Positions 49,375-59,679 of a DNA stretch of 64,000 bases are shown here, one piece after another (position 1 is the stretch's first letter; the number at the start of each line of letters is the position of its first letter). This stretch comes from Candidatus Omnitrophota bacterium (GTDB lineage: Bacteria; Omnitrophota; Gorgyraeia; Gygaellales; UBA12090), in contig JAUSCZ010000033.1 in the NCBI GenBank assembly GCA_030674475.1, positions 52,018 through 116,017 on the forward strand. Reading direction: 5' to 3'. The notes beneath the pieces were generated by a model. It was not told the origin of the DNA. It did not search any database and saw nothing but the letters and a program-made list of their open reading frames with translations. The translations under genes were made by a program, and so were the position numbers.

Positions 49375-50592
49375 ATGCCTATACAAATCATTGTAGAGAA
49401 GTGCACCGGATGCACCCTTTGCCTGAAGACCTGTCCGTTTGACGCCATCCGGATGATGGATAAGAAAGGCCTGCCTACCGGCAGGCAGGCAGTGATTAAT
49501 TTTGATAAATGCACCCTTTGCGGCGCTTGTGTACCGGCCTGCAAATTTAAGGCCATTCTTTTGCAGAAGGAAGTCTGCCCGGTTAAGGTTGATTTTAATG
49601 ATTATAAGGGGGTTTGGGTTTTTGCTGAGCAGAAAAAGGGCAAGGTTCAGCCGATAGCCTTTGAGCTTTTGGGTAAGGCCAGGGAACTGGCCGCGGATTT
49701 AGGCACCGATGTTTCCGCGGTGTTGCTGGGGGATCGGCTGGAGGAGGAAATCCAGGAGTTGATCTGGCGGGGCGCGGATAAGGTCTATGCGGTGGAAAAA
49801 TTTGAATTAGCTAATTATCAGGATGAGCCTTACACCAATGTTATAGTTGAGTTAATCAATAAATATAAACCGGAGGCTTTTCTCTGCGGGGCCACTTCCA
49901 TAGGCCGGTCATTGATTTCCCGGATTGCCATTAAGATAAAGGCCGGGCTTACCGCGGATTGCACGGAATTGGCTGTGGATAAAGAGAAGAAGATTCTTCT
50001 GCAGACCCGCCCGGCCTTCGGCGGAAATATTATGGCAACAATAGTCTGCCCGAATTACCGGCCCCAGATGGCTACGGTCCGGCATAAGGTGTTTCCGGAG
50101 GCAATTTCGGATATGAAACGTAAAGGCAAGGTTATCCGGGAGAATTTTGACGGAGCGATTTTAAACAGCCGCACCCGGCTTCTGGATATCATTGATGAGA
50201 TTGAGTCTACGGTGAATATAGCTGATGCCGATATCATTGTGGCCGGAGGAAGAGGGATGAAGTCCCCGGAAAATTTTAAGCTTTTAGAAGAGCTGGCTAA
50301 GGCTTTGGGCGGGGCAGTGGGGGCCTCCCGGGCCGCGGTAGATTCCGGCTGGATGCCCTATTCGCATCAGGTGGGCCAGACCGGCAAGACCGTCTGTCCC
50401 AAGGTGTATATCGCCTGTGGTATCTCAGGCCAAATCCAGCATTTAGTGGGGATGCAGTCTTCCCGGACCATTATTGCCATAAATTCTGATCCCTATGCCC
50501 CAATTTTTAAAGTGGCTAATTATGGGATTGTGGGAGATATTTTGGAGATAGTACCTCTTTTGACTAAAAAACTAAAAGAAGGTACGAGATGA
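49375..50592 (+). CDS. etfA: electron transfer flavoprotein alpha subunit with N-terminal 2x[4Fe-4S] ferredoxin domain
   Basis: [12 protein letters not shown] and [11 protein letters not shown] clusters followed by the EtfA FAD-binding domain. Confidence 0.9.
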   Translation: MPIQIIVEKCTGCTLCLKTCPFDAIRMMDKKGLPTGRQAVINFDKCTLCGACVPACKFKAILLQKEVCPVKVDFNDYKGVWVFAEQKKGKVQPIAFELLGKARELAADLGTDVSAVLLGDRLEEEIQELIWRGADKVYAVEKFELANYQDEPYTNVIVELINKYKPEAFLCGATSIGRSLISRIAIKIKAGLTADCTELAVDKEKKILLQTRPAFGGNIMATIVCPNYRPQMATVRHKVFPEAISDMKRKGKVIRENFDGAILNSRTRLLDIIDEIESTVNIADADIIVAGGRGMKSPENFKLLEELAKALGGAVGASRAAVDSGWMPYSHQVGQTGKTVCPKVYIACGISGQIQHLVGMQSSRTIIAINSDPYAPIFKVANYGIVGDILEIVPLLTKKLKEGTR

Positions 50593-51521
50593 AAAATAAC
50601 GCGCTCATAACCGGAGGCGCCGGGTTTTTAGGTTCTTATCTTTGCCAGCGTTTGCTGCATTCAGGATTAAAGGTATTTTGCTTAGATAATCTGATTACCG
50701 GAAGCCTGAAGAATATTATTCAGTTGAAAAACGATAAAAACTTTGAGTTTATTAAACACGATATTAGCAAGCAAATAGTTATTAAAGACAAGATAAGTTT
50801 TATTCTGCATTTTGCCTCACCGGCCAGCCCGGTTGATTATTTAAAATATCCCATCCAGACCCTAAAAGTGGGCTCTTTGGGAACGCATAACGCCTTAGGC
50901 ATCGCCAAAGAAAAAAAGGCCAGGTTCCTTCTGGCTTCCACCTCTGAGGTTTACGGCGATCCCTTAATGCATCCTCAGAATGAAGACTATTGGGGCAATG
51001 TCAATTGTATCGGCCCGCGGGGTGTATACGATGAGGCTAAACGTTTTGCCGAGGCCATCACTATGGCCTATCACCGGGTGCATAAGGTGGATACCAGGAT
51101 AGTACGCATTTTTAACACCTACGGACCCCGGATGCGTAAAAACGACGGCCGGGCAATTCCTAATTTTATCTCTCAAGCCATCCGGAATAAACCCTTGACG
51201 GTTTACGGAAAAGGCCTGCAGACCCGCTCTTTTTGCTATGTGGATGATTTGATTGAGGGGATATGGAGGCTCATTAATAGTGATACCAATTTACCGGTTA
51301 ACATAGGAAACCCTGATGAGATGTGTTTGGTTGATTTGGCTAAACACATAATCCGAATCTCTCAAAGCAAAAGTAAAATTGAATACCGGAAGCTTCCCAT
51401 AGATGACCCAAAGCAAAGGCGTCCGGATATATCCCGGGCCAAGAAGTATCTTAAGTGGCAAGCCGGGGTAGCCCTTGAAGACGGCCTGATCAGAACTATC
51501 GAGTGGTTTAGGCAAAACTAA
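50589..51521 (+). CDS. UDP-glucuronate decarboxylase (UDP-xylose synthase), SDR family
   Basis: GGAGFLGS Rossmann motif, YDEAKR catalytic motif, ~310 aa. Confidence 0.8.
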   Translation: MKNNALITGGAGFLGSYLCQRLLHSGLKVFCLDNLITGSLKNIIQLKNDKNFEFIKHDISKQIVIKDKISFILHFASPASPVDYLKYPIQTLKVGSLGTHNALGIAKEKKARFLLASTSEVYGDPLMHPQNEDYWGNVNCIGPRGVYDEAKRFAEAITMAYHRVHKVDTRIVRIFNTYGPRMRKNDGRAIPNFISQAIRNKPLTVYGKGLQTRSFCYVDDLIEGIWRLINSDTNLPVNIGNPDEMCLVDLAKHIIRISQSKSKIEYRKLPIDDPKQRRPDISRAKKYLKWQAGVALEDGLIRTIEWFRQN

Positions 51522-51527
51522 ATTTTT

Positions 51528-52952
51528 TTGAGGATGGTATATGTAATTACGATAGTTATCAGTATCTTGATTGCCCTGGCATTGGTTTATTTTTCGGGTT
51601 TATCCGCCCAAGGGGAGACGGGCCCGGGTAAAAAGAAATCAGATGGTGAACCAAAATCAATAGATGAGCCGGCCGTAGATGAGTCTTTAGAACAGGCCAT
51701 AAATGAGAAGCTGGGAAGTCTGGCCGGTTCCGCCGGCCACAGCCGCCAGGTAACCAAGATAATATCCGAGGTTTTTAATAAAGAGTTAGAGAAAAGAGTA
51801 ACTCAAACCAGCCAGGAGATAACCAGGAAATATGAGACTATTGTCCAGGATAAAGTCAAGAGCGAGGAGATAGCCTGGAAGAAGTTAGAGAAAGTCTCCG
51901 AGGATAAAAAAGAGACCGAAGCGGTTATCCGCAGTATTTCCGACGGGCTGGTAGTGGTGGATGCCAAAGGTAATGTAATGATGATGAATCCAGCGGCTGA
52001 GAAGCTTTTAGGAATGTCCGGAAAAAGCAAGATGGGCCGGCCTTTAACTGAAAACCTCAGAGAGGAACAGCTGGTATCTTTGATTAAGACCGGACAAGAA
52101 AGAAAGAATAGGGAAATAGAGTTAGTCAGTCAACAGGATGAGACCAGAAAGATTTTAAGGGCCTCCAGCGCGGTTATTGAGGACGCCGACGGTAAGACAG
52201 TGGGCATGGTTTCAGTCTTGAGCGATATCACTAAGCAGAGAGAACTGGATGAGCTAAAAGCGAATTTCGTGGCCAGCGTTACCCATGAACTGCGCACGCC
52301 TTTGGTGGCCATGGATAAATCCATTGCTCTTATCCTGAATAAAGACGCCGGTGAGCTTTCCCAGCCCCAGGAGGAAATTTTAAATATTGCCCAGCGCAAT
52401 TTAAAACGTTTGAGTTTCCTGATTAATGATCTGCTGGATTTATCCAAGCTGGAGGCCAGGAAGATGGCCTTTTCACGGCAGGCTTCAAGTTTAGAGAAAA
52501 TAGTTATTGATGCCGCGGAGGGTTTAACCAACTGGGCCAAGACTAAAGGAATTGAGATTATCAAAAAAATTCCTCAAGGCCTGCCCGATGTTGATGTTGA
52601 CCCCAACAGGATGATTCAGGTGTTTAATAACCTGATCGGCAATGCCATCAAATTTACCCCGCATGGCGGAAATGTTACTATTGAAGCAAGGATGGGTTCT
52701 GACAACTTGTATCTGGAGGTGAGTATTTTGGATACCGGAATCGGCATCACTAAAGAAAACTTACCTAAGGTTTTTGATAAGTTTTATCAGATTGGAGAGA
52801 GGTCTCCGGCGGATGTGAGCGGAACTGGGATAGGTCTGTCTATTGCCAAAGAGATTGTTGAGCTGCACGGGGGCAGGATCTGGGTAGAGAGTGAAAAAGG
52901 AAAAGGCGCTCAGTTCAACTTTACCCTGCCGATTGTCTCTCTTAAGGGATAA
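51528..52952 (+). CDS. sensor histidine kinase (TM + PAS + HisKA + HATPase_c)
   Basis: H-box [12 protein letters not shown] boxes [10 protein letters not shown] ... [18 protein letters not shown]. Confidence 0.85.
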   Translation: MRMVYVITIVISILIALALVYFSGLSAQGETGPGKKKSDGEPKSIDEPAVDESLEQAINEKLGSLAGSAGHSRQVTKIISEVFNKELEKRVTQTSQEITRKYETIVQDKVKSEEIAWKKLEKVSEDKKETEAVIRSISDGLVVVDAKGNVMMMNPAAEKLLGMSGKSKMGRPLTENLREEQLVSLIKTGQERKNREIELVSQQDETRKILRASSAVIEDADGKTVGMVSVLSDITKQRELDELKANFVASVTHELRTPLVAMDKSIALILNKDAGELSQPQEEILNIAQRNLKRLSFLINDLLDLSKLEARKMAFSRQASSLEKIVIDAAEGLTNWAKTKGIEIIKKIPQGLPDVDVDPNRMIQVFNNLIGNAIKFTPHGGNVTIEARMGSDNLYLEVSILDTGIGITKENLPKVFDKFYQIGERSPADVSGTGIGLSIAKEIVELHGGRIWVESEKGKGAQFNFTLPIVSLKG

Positions 52953-52957
52953 AAACT

Positions 52958-53368
52958 ATGGAACCCAAAAATATTAAGGTGTTAGTTACCGATGATGAGG
53001 ATGATTTTCGTTATCTTTTAAGATACTGGCTCCAGGCCAGGGGGTATTCGGTGATAATGGCCTCTAGCGGAGAAGAGGCCATTAAGCTTACCAGAGAACA
53101 GAATCCGGATATTATTTTTATGGACTTAAGGATGCCGGCGATGGACGGAGTTCAGGCCATCGGAAAAATCCGCGAGTTTAACCACGATGTGCCGGTAATA
53201 ATCATCAGCGCTTATCTAGAGGATTTAAAGATAAAAGAGGCAAACAATTACGGCATTTCCGGCGTTTTTTATAAGGGCAAGGATTTTCAGCAGAGCATGC
53301 CTTTGATTGAATCAGCCTTAAGAACCCACAAAAAATTAAAAAAACCAGACCCGAATCCGAATGTGTAG
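52958..53368 (+). CDS. single-domain response regulator
   Basis: Receiver-domain Asp/Lys signature. Confidence 0.8.
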   Translation: MEPKNIKVLVTDDEDDFRYLLRYWLQARGYSVIMASSGEEAIKLTREQNPDIIFMDLRMPAMDGVQAIGKIREFNHDVPVIIISAYLEDLKIKEANNYGISGVFYKGKDFQQSMPLIESALRTHKKLKKPDPNPNV

Positions 53369-54392
53369 AGTTCTGTCTAATAATTTATTGCTAATTCCCT
53401 CCACCCTTCCCTCCCCCTTGTGGGGAGGGTTAGGGAGGGGGGAAATAAAAGCCTATCAGAAATTAATTAGACAATGCAGCATAAGTATAGTGTTACTATT
53501 ATTCAGTGTATTGTGCGGCCTTTCTCACGCGTATGCCGATGAGCCGGCTATGGAAGCCAGGAGGCATTATGAGAAGGGGAATCTTTATTACCAGCAAGGT
53601 TACTACCAAGAGGCCCTGGAGGAATTTCAAAAGGCCCTGGATGTTTCTGAGCCAAAAATTCCTCTGGGGGATATTTCTGAGGGCGCTTTAGCTGAAGAGA
53701 AGATCGTTAAATTAGCGGTTAGGAGAAAGGTGGAAGAGGAAGATTCATCTTCCGGTAACAGAGAGTATACTATAGACGTAGGTGATACCCTGGATATTTC
53801 AGTCTGGAAGGTCCCGGACTTATCTTCTTCTGAGGTGATTGTGCGCCCGGATGAAAAGATTTCTCTGCCTTTAATCGGGGATATTCAGGCGGTCGGGCGG
53901 ACCTTAACTGAGCTGGACGCGGAGGTTACCGAAAAATACGCCCTTTATGTGCGCGAACCCCAGGTATCGGTGATGATTAAGAAATTCGGCGGAAGCAAGG
54001 TGGTGGTTTTGGGAGACGTAAAAACTCCCGGGGTTTACAGCTTTAGCGGAGCTATTCGCCTGGCTGAGGCTATTGCCCTGGCCGGCGACTGCACCAAATA
54101 CGCGGTGAGAAACAATATCCTGGTGATAAGGGGAGATATTCATAATAATCCTGAGATAATTTCCGCCAATATGATTTCATTTGTTAAAAACGCGAAGTTA
54201 GGCGAAAACATATTAATCCAGCCCCAGGATGTGGTCTTTGTTCCCCGCAGTGTTATCGGCAATGTCAGTTCTTTCTTTGAAACAATCGCCCCGATTATAG
54301 ACGGTGTCTACAAGACCTCAACCACGGATATCTACATCAAAAATGCCAGAAGGGTAATGGAGAAAAGATCCACTGTCAGCATTTCCCAATAA
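53361..54392 (+). CDS. polysaccharide export protein (Wza/KpsD family, PES + SLBB) with N-terminal TPR-like segment
   Basis: DTLDISVW ... ISLPLIGDIQAVGRTLTEL ... VLGDVKTPG motifs. True start probably downstream (GTG ~53495), because a hairpin repeat occupies 53393-53447. Confidence 0.7.
   Translation: MCRVLSNNLLLIPSTLPSPLWGGLGRGEIKAYQKLIRQCSISIVLLLFSVLCGLSHAYADEPAMEARRHYEKGNLYYQQGYYQEALEEFQKALDVSEPKIPLGDISEGALAEEKIVKLAVRRKVEEEDSSSGNREYTIDVGDTLDISVWKVPDLSSSEVIVRPDEKISLPLIGDIQAVGRTLTELDAEVTEKYALYVREPQVSVMIKKFGGSKVVVLGDVKTPGVYSFSGAIRLAEAIALAGDCTKYAVRNNILVIRGDIHNNPEIISANMISFVKNAKLGENILIQPQDVVFVPRSVIGNVSSFFETIAPIIDGVYKTSTTDIYIKNARRVMEKRSTVSISQ
53393..53447. repeat. GC-rich hairpin element family C, copy 2 (aattccctcc...ggggagggttagggaggggggaa)
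   Basis: Homologous to 21911-21958. Confidence 0.7.
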
Positions 54393-54449
54393 GCCAAGAA
54401 TATCCAGTAGTTACCGCTTTTTCCTCTAAATAGGGGTTCAGTTTCTTAT

Positions 54450-54890
54450 ATGATGTATAGCAATAACAAGCAGGATGTCCTGGCCCGGTTATTGGTAGAG
54501 TCTTTGCGATACGCTGATGTATGGGTAAAGGTAAAAGGCGGCAGCATGGCCCCATGTTTAAAAGACGGGATGCTCGTGCTGGTAAGTAGTCCGGAAAGAA
54601 TATTTTGTTCAGATATATTGGTGTATCATTACGAAGGCGGAATTATTATTCATAGGTTAATGAGAAGATATAGGAAAGATGGGGGCAGCGCGCTCTATCA
54701 GACTAAGGCTGATAATGGATACGCCTTAGATGAACCGGTTAGTTTGGAAGATATCTGCGGAAAGGTTGTTGCTTTAAAAAGCGGTTCAGATATTATTAGG
54801 CTGGATAGTTTTTGGGGGCGGATAAGGGCAACGTGTTCTTACCTAGCTTCTTTGAGCAAGCTTGTGTTTCATAAATATGTCAAGGCATAA
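54450..54890 (+). CDS. S24/S26-family (signal peptidase/LexA-like) serine peptidase
   Basis: KGGSMAP Ser motif; ~146 aa. Confidence 0.55.
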   Translation: MMYSNNKQDVLARLLVESLRYADVWVKVKGGSMAPCLKDGMLVLVSSPERIFCSDILVYHYEGGIIIHRLMRRYRKDGGSALYQTKADNGYALDEPVSLEDICGKVVALKSGSDIIRLDSFWGRIRATCSYLASLSKLVFHKYVKA

Positions 54891-55674
54891 AGTAAGCTTT
54901 AGTATTGCCGGGGTTAATTTTGAGCTTGAGTCTGATAAAGCTGAACCTGTTCGGTGGCTAAGAGCAAGATACGCTCCCTATCTTAGTCAAGCAATGCCCG
55001 GGGTAAGAATCAGCCTTTGTTATAACTCGAGAAGATTACCTCCTCCGGGGAAGAAATTACTATGCGGACCATACATCATCTATGAAAACAGGGGTAGAAA
55101 TCTTGAATTTAAGATTTATGCCAAAGGCAGCTACATTGCCTTAGGAGATGTGCTGCGGTTTTTAATCTCGTTGGTACTTCTTGAAAATGGGGGCTTCTTG
55201 CTGCATTCCTGCGGAGTAATAATTGATGGCGGGGCGTATCTTTTTTCCGGTCCTTCCGGGGCGGGAAAGACCACCCTTGCCAGGCTTTTGCCTCAAGAAA
55301 ATGGCGAGACCATCTTAAGCGATGAAACTACCGCCATCACTAAAAACAGCGGCGGCTATTACGGTTGGGCGACCCCTTTTTTTGGGGACTTTGGCAGTAT
55401 CGGGGCAAATAATAAATCAGCTCTTAAGGCAATATTTTTCTTAAAACAGGCCAGGCGCTTTAAACTCAAAAGGCTTGAACCTGTTTATAGTTCGGCCAGG
55501 CTTTTAGGAAATATATTTCTCCTTGGCGGTAATTGGAGGTATAATTATAACATAGACAGGTTGTGTGATGCCGCCTTAGGCTGCAGCAGGAAGGTCGCGG
55601 CATACGAGTTGGAATTTTTGCCCAATAAGCGGGTATGGAACTATATAAAAGAAAAAATATCCCCTGGCGGATAA
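54862..55674 (+). CDS. HPr kinase/phosphorylase-related P-loop kinase (HprK C-terminal-like)
   Basis: FSGPSGAGKTTLA Walker A in an HprK-like context. Likely start at MSRHK (54877). Confidence 0.6.
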   Translation: MCFINMSRHKVSFSIAGVNFELESDKAEPVRWLRARYAPYLSQAMPGVRISLCYNSRRLPPPGKKLLCGPYIIYENRGRNLEFKIYAKGSYIALGDVLRFLISLVLLENGGFLLHSCGVIIDGGAYLFSGPSGAGKTTLARLLPQENGETILSDETTAITKNSGGYYGWATPFFGDFGSIGANNKSALKAIFFLKQARRFKLKRLEPVYSSARLLGNIFLLGGNWRYNYNIDRLCDAALGCSRKVAAYELEFLPNKRVWNYIKEKISPGG

Positions 55675-55895
55675 TTGATAAAGAAGCGCTGGTGGTTGAT
55701 CCCCAGAGCAGTCTGGTGTATCCATTCAATCGGGTTGCCGCGCGGATATGGCAATTGCTTGACGGCACCCACGGCCTTCAAGAGATAGCCGGTATAATTT
55801 ACAACGAATTTGAGGCGGATCAGGAAATCGCGGCTGAAGATACCAGGAATTTTATTTCTCAACTAAAAGAAGCCCGCCTGATTGAAAAGTTATGA
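55635..55895 (+). CDS. PqqD-family peptide-binding protein (RRE)
   Basis: VARIWQLLDG...LQEIAGIIYNEFE pattern; ~86 aa. Confidence 0.65.
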   Translation: MELYKRKNIPWRIIDKEALVVDPQSSLVYPFNRVAARIWQLLDGTHGLQEIAGIIYNEFEADQEIAAEDTRNFISQLKEARLIEKL

Positions 55896-56977
55896 GCAGC
55901 TTATTAGACGCAATTTATCAAAAGGCTGAAGACCTGCGCATCCCGCTTAATGTCTTGCTTGAGCTTACTAACCGATGCAATGAAGATTGTCTGCATTGCT
56001 ATATAAAAGACGCCAGGGACATAAATAGTCTTTCTAACGATGATAAGGAATTAACCTGCGCGCAGGTAACGGCCCTGTTGGATGAATTAGCCCGCGAGGG
56101 CGCCTTAAATCTTATCTTGAGCGGTGGAGAAGCGATGCTGCGGGAGGATTTTTTTGACATAGCTTATTTTGCCCGGTCCAGAAATTTTGCCCTAACCATC
56201 TTCTCCAACGGTCAGTTGATTGATCAAGCCAAGGCGAAAAGACTGGCGGATTTATCTCCGGTATGTATTTATTTTAGCCTTTACGGCTCAAGCGCCGATA
56301 CCCATGACCGTATTACCAGGGTGCCGGGTTCTTTTGAGAAGCTGCAAAACGCGATCATACTGCTTAAGCAAAATGGCCTTAAGGTCGGGTTGAAAACAAT
56401 CTTGATGCGCGGTAATATAGCTGAGCTTAAGGAAATATATGATTTAGGCCTGAGGCTGGGGATAGAAACGCATCAATTCGCGGAAGAGATAACCTCCCGG
56501 ATCGACGGCTCTGGCGCTTCTGAGGCCGCGCAGATTGATGAACCCGCGCTTTTTGCTTATTATCGCCAGGATGTGCCTAATCCTCCGGAATATATAAAAG
56601 AACTGCCTCAGGAAGAGGCCCGGAAAAAAGAGATTTGTTCCGCCGGGACATACGGGGTGGCTGTCTCTTGCTACGGAGATGTGTATCCTTGCGCGGAGTT
56701 GAGGCTTTCTTTGGGAAATATAAAAAATGAAACCTTTGGGGCTATATGGCAAAGGCAGGATAGTTTTCTGGACAAACTGCGCTCAATCAAACAATACGGG
56801 GATTTAGAAGATTGCCGGGATTGCGCTTTAGTGAATTTCTGCCGCAGGTGCCACGGCCGGGCCTGGTATGAGGCGGGTGATTGGAGCTCCTGTTATGAAA
56901 ACGCCCAGAAGAGGGCCTTTTTAAATAAAAGGATAAATACTGAAATCAGGCGAAAGAAGGAGGTGAACTTAGGATGA
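55892..56977 (+). CDS. radical SAM / SPASM-domain peptide-modifying enzyme
   Basis: CNEDCLHCY (CxxxCxxC) plus C-terminal Cys-rich SPASM (C...C...C ... CRDCALVNFCRRC). Confidence 0.85.
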   Translation: MSSLLDAIYQKAEDLRIPLNVLLELTNRCNEDCLHCYIKDARDINSLSNDDKELTCAQVTALLDELAREGALNLILSGGEAMLREDFFDIAYFARSRNFALTIFSNGQLIDQAKAKRLADLSPVCIYFSLYGSSADTHDRITRVPGSFEKLQNAIILLKQNGLKVGLKTILMRGNIAELKEIYDLGLRLGIETHQFAEEITSRIDGSGASEAAQIDEPALFAYYRQDVPNPPEYIKELPQEEARKKEICSAGTYGVAVSCYGDVYPCAELRLSLGNIKNETFGAIWQRQDSFLDKLRSIKQYGDLEDCRDCALVNFCRRCHGRAWYEAGDWSSCYENAQKRAFLNKRINTEIRRKKEVNLG

Positions 56978-57123
56978 CGAAAAAGGATAACTACGAGAAG
57001 CCGCAGCTTAAAGGTGAAAGGTTATTTGAGGCCGGGGCCAAGACTTGCTGTAAGGGCGCCGCTTGTACTACTTCCGAGAAAACCGGCGGGGGTAAAAGCT
57101 CTAATTCCAACACCACTTCTTAA
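56974..57123 (+). CDS. candidate RiPP precursor peptide, 49 aa (MTKKDNYEKPQLKGERLFEAGAKTCCKGAACTTSEKTGGGKSSNSNTTS)
   Basis: AAGGAGG RBS; ATG overlaps the radical-SAM stop codon (ATGA). Three Cys residues in a Gly/Ser/Thr-rich core. Absent from the ORF track because it is under 60 aa. Confidence 0.5.
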   Translation: MTKKDNYEKPQLKGERLFEAGAKTCCKGAACTTSEKTGGGKSSNSNTTS

Positions 57124-57128
57124 GCATA

Positions 57129-57899
57129 ATGCGTCGTAAGAATAAGGGCATAGCTTGGGAGTGGGGTAGATATTTAATTAATCTGCGAAAAAAGTACGAA
57201 GAGCAGGCAGAGGTAGGGTATTTTATCAGAGAGGTTTCTTTAGGGCTGGATGAGTCTGAAGTATTCCTGGTAAACGGTCCGATGAAAAAGCCCGGCTATG
57301 TTTTGGATGTGGGCTGCGGCGCGGGAAGAGAAGCCATAGTCCTGGCCAAGCTTGGTTACCGGCTAAAGGCAATTGATATCTCCATGGCTATGATCGAGGC
57401 AGCCAAAAAAGAAAGCCGGAAAGAGGGTTTGAACATAGATTTTGAAAGATTAGACATTACGGAATTGAATCCTGATGGCCTTTTTGATTATTGCCTTTTC
57501 TCAAGCGGGGTATATAATAGCATCCCGGCCCGGGCACTACGGATACAAACGCTTAAAAGGGTGGTAAGTTCTCTTAAGCCCCAGGGCAGGCTATTTCTTC
57601 CTATAGGTATTGCCCGGCGTCCCAAAATGATTTTTTCCCGCAGTTTTATAAAATATAATTTATCCGCCGGGCTAAAGTTTGTTCTGGGAGATAGGTGTAA
57701 AATTGAACCCGGGGATACCCTGATTAGTCAGGTGAGTCCGGTTAGTAAAAGCAGGGTGAAGGTATTTCACCACTTTTTTTTTAGCTTTTCAGAGATAAAG
57801 GATGAGCTTGAGGCTTCGGGCCTTTGTGCGCGGATGCTCAGCCCCGGGCTCTGGCAGGTAAGTAAGCCTTTCGCGGATGATATCCAGCCTCCGGTATAG
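57129..57899 (+). CDS. class I SAM-dependent methyltransferase
   Basis: VLDVGCGAGREA motif I. Confidence 0.75.
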   Translation: MRRKNKGIAWEWGRYLINLRKKYEEQAEVGYFIREVSLGLDESEVFLVNGPMKKPGYVLDVGCGAGREAIVLAKLGYRLKAIDISMAMIEAAKKESRKEGLNIDFERLDITELNPDGLFDYCLFSSGVYNSIPARALRIQTLKRVVSSLKPQGRLFLPIGIARRPKMIFSRSFIKYNLSAGLKFVLGDRCKIEPGDTLISQVSPVSKSRVKVFHHFFFSFSEIKDELEASGLCARMLSPGLWQVSKPFADDIQPPV

Positions 57900-58842
57900 A
57901 GAAAGGGCAGGCTTTAATATCGCCTCTTTGGATAAGCTGAATACATTGTTTAAGGAGTTAGAGCCTTTTCTGAAGATTCTTCTTTTAAAGGGAATTTCCC
58001 TGCTTAATACAGTATATGCCTGTGATATCGGAGCAAGGCATTTAGGCGACGTAGATATATTAGTAAGAAAGAAAGATTTCCCCCGCCTAAAAAAAACTCT
58101 TCACGACAAAGGCTACCTATTCAATAATAACATTACCCGGCCCCTGGATACGTGTTATTTAAATAGCGCGACCTGCGCAAAAGAAGATAAATTCTGCCCC
58201 CCATTTCATATCCATTGGCACTTAAGCAACGCCGCCTTTTCTACCGCTCTGTTTAGCCCCAGGATTAACCTGGAGAAAATCTGGCAAGAGGCAGAGCCCT
58301 TGAGCGGTTTTAAGAATGTCTGGATAATGTCTAGCCATCATCAGCTTATTCATCTTGGCGAGCACGCTTTAAAGCATAGCTATGACCGTCCTTATCTCCT
58401 GGAAGATATTCAGAGGGTGATTGAGTATTACCAGCGGAACCTTTGCTGGGAGAAGCTCATTGTTGACGCTAAGGCCTTTAATTTGACCCGTCCGCTATAT
58501 CATAGTTTGCACTTTGCCGCGGACATGCGAGGAGCGCGGGTTCCCGCGCGGGTATTGTCAAGCCTTAAGCCTGAAAGATTTAGTTTTTTGGAAAAGCGTT
58601 TTATCGCCGCGGTCAGGAAAGGAAAACGTTCGGAGCGTTTATCCGGCATAGTATATCTGGAAATGAATAAAACCTGCCTGGATAAGGTAAGCTACGTCTG
58701 GAGGACCTTTTTTCCTCCCGTAAAAATGATGGCCCAATTCAGAAATAGCTCAGGCCTTAAGCGTCTGAACCCTATTGATTATTGCCGCAGGGCCTATAAA
58801 GGGCTGAATTATTTTCTGGATATCGGACGCTGCCTCTTTTAG
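57877..58842 (+). CDS. nucleotidyltransferase-family protein
   Basis: CDIGARHLGDVDILV Pol-beta-like motif. Confidence 0.5.
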   Translation: MISSLRYRERAGFNIASLDKLNTLFKELEPFLKILLLKGISLLNTVYACDIGARHLGDVDILVRKKDFPRLKKTLHDKGYLFNNNITRPLDTCYLNSATCAKEDKFCPPFHIHWHLSNAAFSTALFSPRINLEKIWQEAEPLSGFKNVWIMSSHHQLIHLGEHALKHSYDRPYLLEDIQRVIEYYQRNLCWEKLIVDAKAFNLTRPLYHSLHFAADMRGARVPARVLSSLKPERFSFLEKRFIAAVRKGKRSERLSGIVYLEMNKTCLDKVSYVWRTFFPPVKMMAQFRNSSGLKRLNPIDYCRRAYKGLNYFLDIGRCLF

Positions 58843-58857
58843 GCCGCGGCACAGGCC

Positions 58858-59679
58858 TCAGGAATACAAGAGGCTGCCGTTTTTTTGGGCCTTTTTCAAA
58901 GCCGATTTAAAACTAAAAATACTCAAAGGGAAAAATAGAGCGGAAAAGAAAACTAAGGATAAAATTTGGGGGAGAATTTCTTTTACTGAACTGCCCAAAA
59001 TCAGGCTTTTGCGAACTGCCTCTAAGCAATAGGTAAGGGGAAGAAAAAAAGATATTTTTTGTAACCCTATCGGCAGCACCGCGATGGGAAAATATACTCC
59101 TCCCAGCAAACGAGATGCTCCGTAAAATAGCCAGTTTAGGGGATCCCCGCGTTTAAAGATTAAGGTAAAGCTGGCAGAGAGTATCCCTAATGCGCTAAAA
59201 GAGATGATGGTCAGCGCTAAAATAATCAGCGAAGAAGAAAGATTGGCCCGGCTTAAATTAAGGTCAAAGAATAGCCAGCCCAAGAATAAGTAGACTATAA
59301 CCCTAAAGGAAGTAAAAATAAATTTCCAGATAGAACTGCAGATGAGAACAGTAGATATTTTTGTAGGAGAAAGAACAATTGCCTCCAGCGTTCCGTAAGC
59401 TTGTTCTTCGGAAATTGCCTCGGTAAAGCTGCCCATTGCCGCGCTCATATAGCCGGAAAAAGCTATCCCGATTAAGACAAAAGAAAAATAATCTCCGCCG
59501 TAATCAGCCAGATGTTCCGCGGCTTTTCCGCCAAAAAGTTTGGCAATAAAAAAGAAGGTGACCACTGAAGATAGAATACTGATCAAGTCAAATAAGAATG
59601 CCGCCCGGTAGCTGGCGTTAATCAACAAATCCCTCTTGAGAAAAGCCAGGAGTTTTCTCAAAGATATATCAGGCTTCAT
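58858..59679 (-). CDS. ABC-2 type transporter permease
   Basis: Six TM segments; ABC-2 topology. Confidence 0.75.
   Translation of the reverse strand: MKPDISLRKLLAFLKRDLLINASYRAAFLFDLISILSSVVTFFFIAKLFGGKAAEHLADYGGDYFSFVLIGIAFSGYMSAAMGSFTEAISEEQAYGTLEAIVLSPTKISTVLICSSIWKFIFTSFRVIVYLFLGWLFFDLNLSRANLSSSLIILALTIISFSALGILSASFTLIFKRGDPLNWLFYGASRLLGGVYFPIAVLPIGLQKISFFLPLTYCLEAVRKSLILGSSVKEILPQILSLVFFSALFFPLSIFSFKSALKKAQKNGSLLYS

Noticed and set aside
52130-52564. 144-aa minus-strand ORF inside the histidine kinase
   Set aside because: Antisense to conserved HisKA/HATPase_c coding sequence.
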